From Octopus vulgaris (lineage: Eukaryota), in the NCBI GenBank assembly GCA_951406725.2, contig OX597835.1, positions 25,854,001-25,918,000 of the forward strand: a DNA stretch of 64,000 nucleotides, read 5' to 3'. The translations under genes and the position numbers were made by a program. This document shows, piece by piece, positions 43,931 to 56,011 of the stretch. Position 1 is the stretch's first letter. Every line of letters starts with the position of its first letter. The notes under the pieces were generated by a model. It was not told the origin of the DNA and did not search any database. It saw nothing but the letters and a program-made list of their open reading frames with translations.

Positions 43931-46714
43931 GACTTAGTATACGCAGCAGCCACTGCAGCCACAAAAGAAGATGGATACTCACTCAAACCCATCCAAACAG
44001 GAGTACCACCACCCAAACAAACCCTGTGGATAAATAACATCCAAAACAAAATACAAAAAATGAGAAAAGATCTGTCGATTCTTAATGAAATCAGTAGACA
44101 ATCAACGCTACTGAGCAGCAAAAAGAAAACAAAAATACTCCGCAAATATAACATCACAGAAAAAGATTTACCTGAGATAAAAGAAAAGCTGAAGCAAGAT
44201 ATCCTTGCCAAAGCACAAAGGATCCGCCGGTACGAGAAACGCCAGCACTTCTTTGAACAAAACAAAAAGTTCAACTCCAACCCCAAAAAGTTCTACCAAG
44301 AACTTGGCAAAAATAAAATAGAAATCACTGCAGCACCAACGGCAGAAGAAGTGGAAGAATTCTGGAGAGAAATATGGTCGGCGAACGAACAACCAAAAAA
44401 AAGGAATATCAAAACAACAAACTCAGCATCTGAGCAACTTTGGACCTCCATAACAACTGAAGAGGTCACCCAGGCACTGCAAAGACTAAGCAACTGGAAG
44501 GCACCTGGGCATGACAAGATCCCCAACTTCGGGTTGAAATATCTAACAGCAATGCACAAAAAGCTGGCTGAAAACTTTAACAACATACTAGCAGAGCCAG
44601 AGATAATGCCTGAATGGCTCACGAAGGGGAAAACCATCTTAATTCCCAAATCAAATGAGACAGCAAAACCAGAAAACTACAGACCAATAACCTGCCTCCC
44701 TACAATGTACAAGGCATTTACTGCAGTGATATCGCAAAGGTTGAACAAGCACCTGGACGAAAACAACCTGTTTCTAGAAGAGCAGAAAGGATGCCGCAAA
44801 GGCTCATATGGCTGTAAAGACCAACTAATGATTAATAAAGCCATAACTGAAGACAGCCACAGAAAGAAGAAAGGCCTCAGTATGGCCTGGATCGACTACA
44901 AAAAGGCGCTTGATAGCATCCCCCACACATGGATCCTCGAAACACTAGCCATTAACAAAGTAGCACCAACAATTATAAAATTCATAGGGCACTCTATGAA
45001 TAAATGGCAAACAGTGCTACAGCTCCAAACAAAAGAGGGACTCTTGAAAACCAAAGCCATCCACATTAGAAGAGGAATATTCCAGGGAGACACGCTCTAT
45101 CCACTCCTTTTCTGCTTGGCACTGTCACCTCTATCTGATATGCTAAATAGAACTGGATGCGGATATAAATGTTACGGCAAAACGATCAGCCACCTTTTAT
45201 ATATGGATGACCTAAAACTATACGCTGCAAATGACAAACAGCTGGAAACACTATTAAAGGCAGTTCATGGATTTACCAAAGAAATAGATATGAAATTTGG
45301 ATTAGAAAAATGCGCCAAAGTAACCATGAAAAGAGGAAAACTAGTTAAGAGTAGCAACATCACACTAGATAAAGCCAATGAAATAAAAGAATTAGACCAA
45401 AGCCAAAATTGCAAATACTTAGGAATCCATGAACTAGATAAGACACAACACACACAAATGAAAGAGAAAATAAAAAAAGAATATTATAGACGAATTAGAT
45501 CAATACTAAAAACAGAGCTCAATGCTAAAAACAAGATAATAGGTATTAACACTTTAGCTGTCCTAGTTATAAGTTACAGCTACAATATCCTTAACTGGAC
45601 ACTAAATGAACTGACCAAAATAGATAGGAAAACAAGAAAAATAATGACAGGATCTAGGATGCATCACCCAAAATCTGACATAGAAAGACTATATATACAA
45701 CGTATAGAAGGTGGTAGAGGTCTTATACAGCTGGAAAACTACTATAAAATAACCACCATAGGACTGCAAAAATATCTACTTCAGAAGGAAGGAAAACTGA
45801 TCCAGATAGCGGCAAAACACGAGCAAAACAAAAAACTGTCCTCAGTATTTAAGGAAGCTGACAAATACAAACAAGAAATCATACCACCTAGTAAATATGA
45901 AAAAGAAGAAGAAGATGAAGAAACAACAAAAACTATAAAACAAATGAAATCCAAACTAAAAATAGAACAGCAACGAACCATGATAAAACGATGGCAAGAA
46001 AAGCCCCTTCATGGTAAATACTGGACTAAACTAAATGCAAAAGAAATAGACAAAGAAAAATCCCAGCAATGGTTGAGAAGCTCAGGACTCAAAGCAGAGA
46101 CAGAGGGATTTTTAATTGCAGCACAAGACCAAAGCCTCCCCACCAGAAATTACCAAAAACATGTAATGAAAAGAAATATAACTAGTAACTGCAGAATATG
46201 TGGAGATGGACAAGAAACAATAAATCATATTATCTCTGACTGCCCAGTCCTGGCTAAGAAGGAATATATTCACAGACATGACAAAGTTGGAACCTACATA
46301 CACTGGAAGCTATGCCAACATTATGGAATAACAACAGAAAAAAGATGGTATAGGCACACACCAGAGAAGGTCACAGAAAAAGGAGAAAGCAACCATACTC
46401 TGGGATATGCCGATACACACAGATAGAGAAATTAAGACCAACAGACCAGATATAGTTGTCAGAGATCATGAAGAAAAAATTGCTTTCTAATTGATGTATC
46501 AATACCGGCAGATGACAACGTGTCTCTAAAAGAAATGGAGAAACTTTCAAAATACAAAGACCTGGAAATAGAGGTAACCAGAATGTGGAATCTAAAAAGA
46601 GAAACAATTCCTATCATAGTAGGTGCATTAGGCATGATAAAAAAATATTCAGACAAATACATAACAAAAACACCAGGACTTACAAACACATATAACATAC
46701 AGAAAATTGCACTA
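43931..46714 (+). mobile_element. R4/Dong-clade non-LTR retrotransposon (family A), 5'-truncated, inserted in (TAA)n
   Basis: RT motifs KAPGHD, YRPITCL, EQKG, WIDYKKA, RGIFQGD and HLLYMDD. CCHC knuckle CRICGDGQETINHIISDC, RHD, and RLE NRPDIV..LIDVSIP..EKLSKYKDL. Confidence 0.95.
44060..46426 (+). CDS. Reverse transcriptase / CCHC portion of the Dong ORF (frame open from 43931; RLE continues after frameshifts near 46378 and 46478)
   Basis: 788-aa ORF with the RT motifs above. Substitutions at normally conserved sites (KKALDS, GDTLYP) suggest an inactive copy. Confidence 0.9.
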   Translation: MRKDLSILNEISRQSTLLSSKKKTKILRKYNITEKDLPEIKEKLKQDILAKAQRIRRYEKRQHFFEQNKKFNSNPKKFYQELGKNKIEITAAPTAEEVEEFWREIWSANEQPKKRNIKTTNSASEQLWTSITTEEVTQALQRLSNWKAPGHDKIPNFGLKYLTAMHKKLAENFNNILAEPEIMPEWLTKGKTILIPKSNETAKPENYRPITCLPTMYKAFTAVISQRLNKHLDENNLFLEEQKGCRKGSYGCKDQLMINKAITEDSHRKKKGLSMAWIDYKKALDSIPHTWILETLAINKVAPTIIKFIGHSMNKWQTVLQLQTKEGLLKTKAIHIRRGIFQGDTLYPLLFCLALSPLSDMLNRTGCGYKCYGKTISHLLYMDDLKLYAANDKQLETLLKAVHGFTKEIDMKFGLEKCAKVTMKRGKLVKSSNITLDKANEIKELDQSQNCKYLGIHELDKTQHTQMKEKIKKEYYRRIRSILKTELNAKNKIIGINTLAVLVISYSYNILNWTLNELTKIDRKTRKIMTGSRMHHPKSDIERLYIQRIEGGRGLIQLENYYKITTIGLQKYLLQKEGKLIQIAAKHEQNKKLSSVFKEADKYKQEIIPPSKYEKEEEDEETTKTIKQMKSKLKIEQQRTMIKRWQEKPLHGKYWTKLNAKEIDKEKSQQWLRSSGLKAETEGFLIAAQDQSLPTRNYQKHVMKRNITSNCRICGDGQETINHIISDCPVLAKKEYIHRHDKVGTYIHWKLCQHYGITTEKRWYRHTPEKVTEKGESNHTLGYADTHR

Positions 46715-47087
46715 TTGAGAAAGAAAACAAACTATGCTGGACCATAGGTATAACATGCCCAGCTGACAAGATATGCGATAAGGAAGAAAGAAAATTTGAG
46801 AGATATGACAGGTTAGCTTGGGAAGTTAAGCAGTTGTGGTCGATGAAAAAGGTAGCAGTAGGACCAATAAATGTCGGAGCCCTGGGAACAGTGAGCAAAA
46901 ATCACGAGAAGTACGTGGAACAAATAGGGGCTATAATAAGGGTGGAGCACTTATAGAAAACAGCACTGCTTGGAAGCGCTCGAATACTCCGGAAGGTGCT
47001 TGAAAAATAAGAGGTGTTAACTTAGTTCACTGGTAGTGAACAGCTGACACCGTAGTACATCTCCAGCGTTAGAAGCTATGCAAAGGC
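46715..47087 (+). mobile_element. R4/Dong LINE family B 3' end (second RLE half and 3' UTR) fused to family A
   Basis: EKENKLCWTIGITCPAD..KFERYDRLAWEVKQLWSMKKV..VGALG..KTALLGSARILRKVLEK* (stop 47008-47010), then (AAT)n. Confidence 0.85.
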
Positions 47088-47146
47088 AATAACAATAATA
47101 ATGATAATAATAATAATAACAATAAAAAATAATAATAATAATAATA

Positions 47147-47601
47147 ACCCTTTCTACCATTAGGCACAAGGCCTGAAATCTGGGGGAGGGGACTAGTCGA
47201 TTACATCGACTTCAGTGTTTTACTGGTATTTAATTTATCGACTCTGAAATGTTGAAAGGCAAAGTCGCCGTCGGTGGAATGTGAGCTCAGAACGTAGAGA
47301 CAGGCGAAATACCTATTTCTTTACTACCCACAAGGGGTTAAACACAGAGAGGACAAACAAGGACAGACAAAGGGATTAAGTCGATTACATCGACTCACAA
47401 CAATAACAACAATTACAGCGATAACACCTGCAGCAACAATACTAATTCTTTCTACAAGGACTAAAATTTGGGGGGAGGGGGCAAGTTGATTATATCGACC
47501 CCAGTGTTTCACTGGTACTTAATTTATCGACCCCGAAAGGACGAAAGGCAAAGCCGACCTCGGCGGGATTTGAACGCAGAACGTGGAGACGGAGGAAATA
47601 C
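47147..47601 (-). mobile_element. SINE family M dimer remnant and adjacent monomer
   Basis: Cores at 47255-47290 and 47545-47580. Same tail-A/monomer junction as at 22253 and 22648. Confidence 0.85.
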
Positions 47602-48208
47602 AATAACAATAATATGAAGAATATATTGAAGAGCAATTACTTCGCTACTTCCAAGTGTTAAGAGATTCTTCATATTAAAAAATAAATATATGAAAACCTG
47701 ATATGTTTGTATTATGATTCTTCTTCCATTTTGTTTTTATTTTGTTTTCTGGTTTTTGCATTGGATTACATGCAATCGTGTGTCAGGCAAGTTGTTTCCG
47801 CGCTTGTTTTAACGAAGATAAAATGAGGAGAAGGCGTTGGTTGCAGAAGGCCATTATCAAGAGTTTTAGAGATCACAAGAAATAAAAAAGACGTGAGGAA
47901 GCATTTGAAGTGACAAGTAGCGAAACTCAAAGCTACAAATTCTATCGTGAATTCTCCGAACAGTTTAGGAATAAAGAGAAAGAAAGAGGAGGGTAGGGGG
48001 AGGGGCGTGGAGGAGGGAGGAAAAGCAGGAAAATATAAACCTGTGACACGGAGATAAAGGTTTTTCTTGAGATGTGAATATGAATGATGATTCCTTGGCA
48101 TCTTGTTTGGTTTTCCTCTTCATTCTGGAATGACGGTTATTTGAGACAATAATGAGACTAGCGAAGTACGTATTTGCATAAAGTGACAATTGGACATGGA
48201 GGACACAT

Positions 48209-48257
<49 letters not shown>

Positions 48258-48261
48258 TACA

Positions 48262-48319
<58 letters not shown>

Positions 48320-48364
48320 TTCATGCATAAATACACACACACGTACACACACTAAATATATATT

Positions 48365-48413
<49 letters not shown>

Positions 48414-48437
48414 GATATGGACATGCATATATGGATA

Positions 48438-48488
<51 letters not shown>

Positions 48489-48889
48489 GATAGATTTTTC
48501 CCTTATGAGGTTTTTCACGCTAACTACTTGATAAATTCTTATAAAGATTTTATCCTATTTTTCAATTATATATATATGTATATGTATGTATGTACGTATG
48601 TATGTATGTATGTATGTATGTATGTATGTATGTATGTATGTATGTATGTATGTATGTACACGAACACATATGCAATTATCGTTAGTAGAGTGGTTTTGAA
48701 GATCACATGCTCGCGAAAATGACAGAGAAACGAAAATAGAAATCAACACCAAGATGGGACAGCTACGTATGTTGGTTTACACTACTAGCTTCCATCGTTC
48801 CGTTGCTAAATCTTTTATAACCGCTTACGGTAATGGTCACGTAGCTAGTGCAGCTGTGGGTTCTTTTACACTTGAATTACTGATACATA

Positions 48890-49266
48890 GTGTGGAGGCG
48901 CAATGGCCCAGTGGTTAGGGCAGCGGACTCGCGGTTTCGATTCCCAGACCGGGCATTGTGAGTGTTTATTGAGCGAAAACACCTAAAGCTCCACGAGGCT
49001 CCGGCAGGGGGTGGTGGCGATCCCTGCTGTACTCTTTCACCACAACTTTCTCTCGCTCTTTCTTCCTGTTTCTCTTGTACCTGGATTTCAAAGGGCCAGC
49101 CTTGTCACACTCTGTGTCACGCTGAATCTCCTCGAGAACTACGTTAAGGGTACACGTGTCTGTGGAGTGCTCAGCCACTTGCACGTTAATATCACGAGCA
49201 AGCTGTTCCGTTGATCGTATCAGCTGGGACCCTCATCGTCGCAACCGATGGAGTGCTCCTATATTA
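48890..49266 (+). mobile_element. SINE family II (tRNA-derived head) with a 12-bp target duplication
   Basis: A-box TGGCCCAGTGG and B-like GGTTTCGATTCCC. TSD tactgatacata at 48878-48889 and 49267-49278. Confidence 0.9.
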
Positions 49267-49285
49267 TACTGATACATATTATGTA

Positions 49286-49504
49286 TGGGGCTGTGCTGAA
49301 AAGTTCCTGGCTTTGGGTAAAAGAAAATACAGGAGGACCAGTTAATTATGATTTTACTTAACATATTCCCTTCTCAGATCCATACACTTATTGCAGAGTT
49401 CCTTCGGTTTTTCTAAGCCCTGTAAAAAAAACTCGGAAGGTTGGGCCTACAAGCAGGCCTTTCATGATACCCTTAAAGTCAGGAAATTTCCAGTACCCCG
49501 CCCA
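49286..49504 (-). mobile_element. Mariner-derived MITE / internal deletion derivative
   Basis: Imperfect TIRs tggggctgtgctgaaaagttcctggcttt and aaagtcaggaaatttccagtaccccgccca, with TA flanks. Minus strand keeps a transposase C-terminus-like peptide (..LCNKCMDLRREYVK*). Confidence 0.75.
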
Positions 49505-49748
49505 TATATTTATATATATATACACACACACATATATATATATACATATATATATATACATGCATGTATATATATATATATACATACATATACATACATA
49601 TATATATATTACGGAGATGTACTTGCATAGCAAGTGACTTGATCTGAGATCGTGTGCTGGAAAGGAAACAATTGCAGCGTGGAAGGTATTTGTAAGCCAT
49701 TTAAGAAACACACAAAACCGTTAGATTCACTTCAACATTTAAATTTAA

Positions 49749-49798
49749 TTTGTCAAAATATTTTCATCGCTTGAGACCGCGACCTGTTCACTGACAAA
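49749..49798 (-). ncRNA. Minimal hammerhead ribozyme variant with compensatory G3-C8 core pair
   Basis: TTTGTCA-GTGAACA-G-GTCGC-ggtctcaa-GCGAT-GAAA-ATAT-TT-TGACAAA: 7-bp stem I, 5-bp stem II and palindromic AATATT stem III. Confidence 0.7.
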
Positions 49799-49815
49799 GC
49801 TTCGTGCTGCACGAG

Positions 49816-50020
49816 TCACCATGATAGATTGTTAGACACTACATACATTTTTTCTCTCCTTGTTTCTCTCCTTGTTTTTTCTGTGTTCCTTTCTGTAGAA
49901 GAGCGTAGGCTCGAAACGTAAAAGACTTTTTCTATTCCTGAGCGTTATACTAATACATCTGTTTGTTTTGTACACCACCTGTCTTCGTCTTTTGTTTTTT
50001 CGTATTCTCTTCCTATATAT
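49816..50020 (+). mobile_element. Penelope-like terminal fragment, family P1, with A6U hammerhead at 49889-49924
   Basis: CTTT-CTGTAGA-A-GAGC-gtag-GCTC-GAAA-CG-TA-AAAG. Confidence 0.65.
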
Positions 50021-50234
50021 ATTCATGTGTGTATGTGTTTATCCCCCTCTCCACCGCTTGATAGCCGATGTTGCTGTGTTTACGTCCCCAGTGTAAGTAC
50101 TGCGGTTGATTCATTCAACTAAAAATTCTTCATGGCGGCGTCCCAGTATGGTCGCAGTCTAATGACCGAAACAAGTAAAAAAAAATAAGAAAAACATAAA
50201 GCATGTTGGAATCATTCAGGCCAAATTGATTTTA

Positions 50235-50617
50235 TCTCTCTCTATATAAACGGCAGTTTGTCTGTGTGTGTTTCTGTGTGTCTGTTTGGTTGTACCCTCA
50301 CCCTGACCACGGCTTTCAACCGATTCTGATGAAACTTGACACACACATAGCCCAATGTCATAATTCAAAACTAAGACAGCGAAAATTTTGAAAAGTTCCC
50401 CCAGTTCTGAAAAAATCGATAAATTCGACATGGGGTCGAGAATCAGAAACACAAACCACAGACTGTCTAGGGGACGCAACTCGACCTTTTTTAACTCTCA
50501 AAAAAAATTTACCATCATTTTTTTCCACTTTTTTGCTATTTTTTGGCTATAGCTCTCTAAAAATGCTTTATAGTTATTTCCCTTACAAACCTGAGCAACG
50601 CCGGGCGATACTGCTAG
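50235..50617 (+). mobile_element. Non-autonomous Helitron
   Basis: A|TC 5' end, subterminal hairpin cctgagcaacgccggg, 3' CTAG|T and no TSD. Confidence 0.88.
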
Positions 50618-51299
50618 TCCGTACATAAACACAGACACACATCAGTATACGTAGTGTATATTTTTACGTGTATTTTACACGAGGCCAAATCTAATTTCCT
50701 CCCTTCATTCCTCTTGTCTCAGAGACACAGGCTTCCTTCTTGACTAAATTGTATTCGCCCTTTGAAATTCGAAACCGTGCCTCTCCTATTATTAATTCCT
50801 AATTGTTAGTCTTGCACTTGTGCCATTATGTAAATCATTTCCTCAACCGCCATGATTTGTGTACATTTGTTCTTACATGAAACTGTAGTTCTGTAAACGT
50901 CTGCAGATTGGAAGGAATTGCAGCGGTCCCTGATGAACCTTAATCGAAATTAAAGAGATTGGTAATTCATTGAAGCAACAGAATTCCAGAGAGGTTTATC
51001 TAATGGTACTGTCTTTCTCAGCGCGCGCTCGTGTTTCTGTGTGCGCGCGTGTGTGTGTATGCATGTATTGATACACACATACACACGCGTAAATATACAT
51101 ACAGATACATACATATACACACGAAGATACACATACACACACACACACACGCAGATACACATACACACATTTATGTATAGCTATATATCTGTATGCATGT
51201 GAGTGTTTATATATGTGCATATATGTATATATGTGTATATATATGTGCATGTGCATATATGTGTATATATATGTATATATACATATACGTATATATGTA

Positions 51300-51363
<64 letters not shown>

Positions 51364-51499
51364 TACATATATATACATATATATACGCATACATTTACAT
51401 ACATAAATACATTAGTAGCTCATAACATACTGTCTACATTAAATCGTCTCGCCATGTTAGGCCGTTGACCTCTGCACATTTTTCCTCTCTCCGTTTCTT

Positions 51500-51650
51500 G
51501 TCATTCTCTCTCCATTTTTGCCCTCTTAAGCCTTTCTTTCGAAGAACGTAGACTCGAAACGCAAAAGACTTTTCCATTCTTCCCGAGCGTTAAACTAATA
51601 CACCTGCTTGTTGTTCCTACACCTCTCTTGGTTTTTTTTTGTTTTAAAAG
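51500..51650 (+). mobile_element. Penelope-like terminal fragment, family P1, degenerate
   Basis: cttt-CTTTCGA-A-gaacgtagactc-GAAA-CG-CA-aaag and ccgagcgttaaactaatacacctgcttgttg. Confidence 0.55.
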
Positions 51651-52126
51651 ATAAATACAAACATATCTATATATTAATGTATGTCTATATATGTATGTGT
51701 GTATATATATGTATACATATGTGTAGTGTACGCGTGTGTTGTGTGTGTGTAGTCTACATATGGTGTGTGTGTGATGTATATGCGGTGCATATGTGTGTAG
51801 TGTGTGTGTATGATGTGTGTGTGATTTAATATAGACAGTATGCCACGAGCTACTGATAGTTTCTTGCCTTGGAGACACGGGTTTAGGCATGCATTTATAA
51901 TATGCTTTGTGTCTCCCAGCAACTTTCAGGTTGAGATACTGTATACATTAAATGACATTTATCCCTAACCTGATGAAGTACATTTTTAGTTGATCTTACC
52001 CCATCGAAACAGTAAAATATATATATTATTTCTATGGTTTCAATGGAATCTGTAAGGTACAGCTCATTCATGTTCGTCGCACCAGTGAGCGGAAAGGAGA
52101 TGGTAATTCCATTACAGAAATATATA

Positions 52127-52436
52127 TATCGCTTGGTGCTCCGTAGGTTACGACGACGAGGATTACAGTTGATCCGATCAACGGAACAGCTTGCTCGTGA
52201 AATTAATGTGCAGGTGGCTGAGCACTCCACAGACACGTGTACCCTTAACGTAGTTCTCAGGGAGATTCAGCGTGACACAGAGTGTGACAAGGCTGGCGCT
52301 TTGAATTACAGGTCCTACTAATGTTTGCCAGCTGAGTGGATTGGAGCAATGTGAAATAAAGTGTCTTGCTCAAGGACATAAAGCGTCGCTGGGAATTGAG
52401 CCGAAATCCTTAACCCCTAAGCCACGCACCTTTACG
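52127..52436 (-). mobile_element. SINE family III
   Basis: Homologous to 63402-63732. TSD-like cagaaatatata at 52115 and 52437. Confidence 0.85.
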
Positions 52437-52454
52437 CAGAAATATATACAAGAT

Positions 52455-52690
52455 ATTAATGTGATGTGCTGGCAGAAACGTTAGCAAGCCTGGCAGAATG
52501 CTTCGCGGTGTTTCGTCTGCCGTTACGTTCTGAGTTCAAATTCCGCCGAGGTCAACTTTGCCTTTCATCCTTTCGAGGTCGATGAAATAAGTACCAGTTA
52601 CGCACTGGGGTCGATATAATCGACTTAATCCGTTTGTCTGTCCTTGTTTGTCCCCTTTGAGTGTAGCCCCTTGTGGGCAGCAAAGAAATA
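52455..52690 (+). mobile_element. SINE family M monomer with tail A
   Basis: gctggcagaaacgttagc..gagttcaaattccgccgaggtc..cttgtgggcagcaaagaaata. TSD agaaatatatacaagat at 52438 and 52691. Confidence 0.88.
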
Positions 52691-53044
52691 AGAAATATAT
52701 ACAAGATCTCTTTCTCGCATGGAAACCAGTTCGCATAAGAATAAACTATGTTACACGATATTTCGTTGTTACTTGCCTCTCCGCATGGAATGAAGCAGTT
52801 GATTAATTAGTATATCTTTAAAATTTTTATTTTAAAATTTGAGATCACAAGCAAACCACGTGATTAAATTATTTTAAATGCATTTAATTTAATGTATTGG
52901 TATACATGAATTTCGTGCAAGCGTTCAAGAATTTATTTGCACAGCTGCTGTATTTTAAATAAGAAAAGGATTACACCACACACACACACACAAACACACA
53001 TACGCGTATACATGCATATATTTATCCAAGTACACACACACACA

Positions 53045-53114
<70 letters not shown>

Positions 53115-53404
53115 CATAGATATATATGTATATAACGTGTGTATGTCTTTCTCTTTATAAATATACATATATATATATACATGCATGCATACATACATAT
53201 ACACTACATACATTCATACATACACACAAACACACACATATATATACATGTACATATACATACATAACATACATATATATATAAACACATACGTACATAT
53301 ATTATCTTGACTATTGAGTAATGTAACATTATTTTATAGATAAATTTCCTCTATTTACATAATATTGAGGTCTCTTTCTTTCTTTTGTTATCTTACCGTT
53401 TTTA

Positions 53405-53462
<58 letters not shown>

Positions 53463-53467
53463 CATCC

Positions 53468-53498
<31 letters not shown>

Positions 53499-53501
53499 CA
53501 T

Positions 53502-53537
<36 letters not shown>

Positions 53538-53544
53538 CATACAT

Positions 53545-53588
<44 letters not shown>

Positions 53589-53986
53589 CAATGGTCTATT
53601 GAAAACAATGATGTTTATTAATTGTATATGGCTACAAAACCAGATTGATATTTTCATTTGATTCGTTATTAAATGCCCGGGCACTTATACGTATAGCTGT
53701 ATACACACATGCAACATGCACTCAAATATGTATATATATACACACACACACATATGCATGTATGCATGTTCAGCTATATGAACATGCACGTACTTCAGAA
53801 ATGGACGGCTATACACATATCCCTCCCTGCCCCACACACACACCCTGATGAATATTATGTTAATCAATGTGAGAAAATGGCACTTTAAGGAAATTCCGAA
53901 AACAAATTAATGCAATCGATCTGAATAATTTGCATTATGATATACAGCAGCAGCAACAACAACAGCAGCAATAACAACGACAGTAA

Positions 53987-54034
<48 letters not shown>

Positions 54035-54091
54035 TAATAATGATTGTAACAACAAAAGCGGAGTCAACGACACAGCAACAGCAACAATAAG

Positions 54092-54285
54092 TGGAGGCGC
54101 AATGGCCCAGTGGTTAGGGCAGCGAACTCGCGGTCGTAAGAACGCGGTTTCGATTCCCAGACCGGGCATTGTGAGTGTTTATTGAACAAAACCACCTAAG
54201 CTTCGCGAGCTTCGGCGTGGGGTGGTGGTGAACCCCGCTGTACTCTTTCACCACAACTTTCTCTCACTCTTTCTTCCTACTTCTG
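54092..54285 (+). mobile_element. SINE family II, 3'-truncated or tail-swapped
   Basis: Head matches 48890-49070 and is followed by unrelated sequence ending in (GAA)n at ~54565. Confidence 0.8.
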
Positions 54286-55025
54286 CCACAAAGCAGAGGA
54301 ACCATGGTGTAACCCAGTATGGTGTGGTAAACTTTCAGACCCTAGTCTAGATAGCGAATCCTCTGTACCCCAGGATAGTTCAGCTCTCCACCCGTTAAAA
54401 GCCACCGTTTACGGAATGAGGATAACAACGTAACTTTCGCACCTGTGCAACCGCCAGTCTATTGCGTGTGGTAGGTGGATCTTCAAGTTGCCACACGCAT
54501 TCTTAGTGGCTTAGAGTAGGCTCGAATTAGCGATTATTCTTTGTGGTTAATGAAGAAGAAGAAGACAACAACATCATCAACAACAACAAAAGAAGCAACA
54601 ACAACAGCAGCAACAGAAATGACAGTGAAAACTGTAGAAACTACAACACTGTGTGTAGCAGCAACATGATTAGCAATAACAATTAAAAGAAACAAGAAAG
54701 ACGAGAGAATAACGGTTCTTGTAGAATGGCGGAACTTATATTCCGAATGGAATACTGTAAATTATTCCGGCAAAAGCTCTTGAGGTCTCCAAAGGCATTT
54801 TCTCAAATTTTGTTGGAAGAGTCAAGTAAATTTGTACTGAATGCGTTTTTCTACACAAACTAGAATTGTACTATCGAAACTCTATTGGGGCCACGTCAGC
54901 TATTTCAATAAAAACATAAAACAAAACAAAAACAAACAAAAATTTAAAAAAACATACAAGAAACAAAGGAAAGAGAAGCACAGATAGCAAAAAAGAAAAT
55001 TAATATATGTACATATAAATATATA

Positions 55026-55462
55026 CGAGGTCAGATCAATATGTATCAGAACTGTTGTCATAGTAACGATGCTAAAGCACGCAAGGTGAAGCCGCTTCGT
55101 AAGGATTGACCCTAAAAGATGCGCACTAAGTTTTAACGTTTCAACGTTTTAACTTCCGCTGTTTACGGCAATGCTTGGAAGGACGGTGTGTAACGTGTGA
55201 TCGTCGTATTGTCATGGCGATACCTGTTCAGAGGCGCGCAGAAAGTGTATAGAGTGGAGTGTATGGGCCGCACACAAGTGTACGAGTGGTTTAGACACTT
55301 CCAAAATGGCGTGCTTCTATGAGGGAAATCCTCGAATCACCATCTGTGAGTTATCAGAGGATGTGCAGATTAGTTATGGTTCAGTTCAGTTCAGTCCATA
55401 ATCACTGAAGATTATGGGCATGAAACGCATGTCTGCACAATTTGTGCCAAAACCGCTTTCAG
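55026..55462 (+). mobile_element. Degraded mariner 5' portion
   Basis: TA-cgaggtcagatcaata TIR-like start. Peptides MGRTQVYEWFRHFQNG and ELSEDVQISYGSVQ..ITED.GMKRMSAQFVPKPL. Confidence 0.75.
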
Positions 55463-55872
55463 GTGATCTCATATCAAGATAAACAGCGCATGATCTTGCA
55501 AGTCTCAGTTAGAATTTTCATCTGATCGGGTAGCCCATTCGGTTCAAAAGGTCCCTGAATAAGGGTTGTTTGAGGATGTTGAACGAAACACCCGTGTTTC
55601 TGGAGGGAAACTATTCAAACCCCGAAGAATACTCGAACACATGACATGATGCTTCCCCACTACTTCTGTTCGTGATCAGAGATGCACATCATGTCATCCA
55701 CCAAGGGACATGCTCAACTGGTTAAGGACAAATAACTGACAAGCAAATCTGTGGTATCGAGCAGAATATTTAGTGTAGCCCATCTGTTACACCAAGACAA
55801 AACATGTACATTATAACACTTCCAATCACTTAAGATCAGAAGCCATGCGAACCAGTGCCTGTACTGCACCAG
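55463..55872 (-). mobile_element. TAA-inserted ~540-bp element, 3' part missing
   Basis: gtgatctcatatcaagataaacagc...gtactgcaccaga, then (TTA)n. Confidence 0.8.
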
Positions 55873-55907
<35 letters not shown>

Positions 55908-55954
55908 TACTACTATCATCATCATCATCATCACCACCATCATCATCATCATCG

Positions 55955-56011
<57 letters not shown>

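Noticed and set aside
44168-46898. Several minus-strand ORFs overlapping the LINE
   Set aside because: They are antisense shadows of the A-rich RT ORF.
50927-50995. CTGATGA-containing hammerhead candidates (also 51970-52015 and 53845-53890)
   Set aside because: No convincing stem I and stem II together with a correctly placed GAAA and NUH site.
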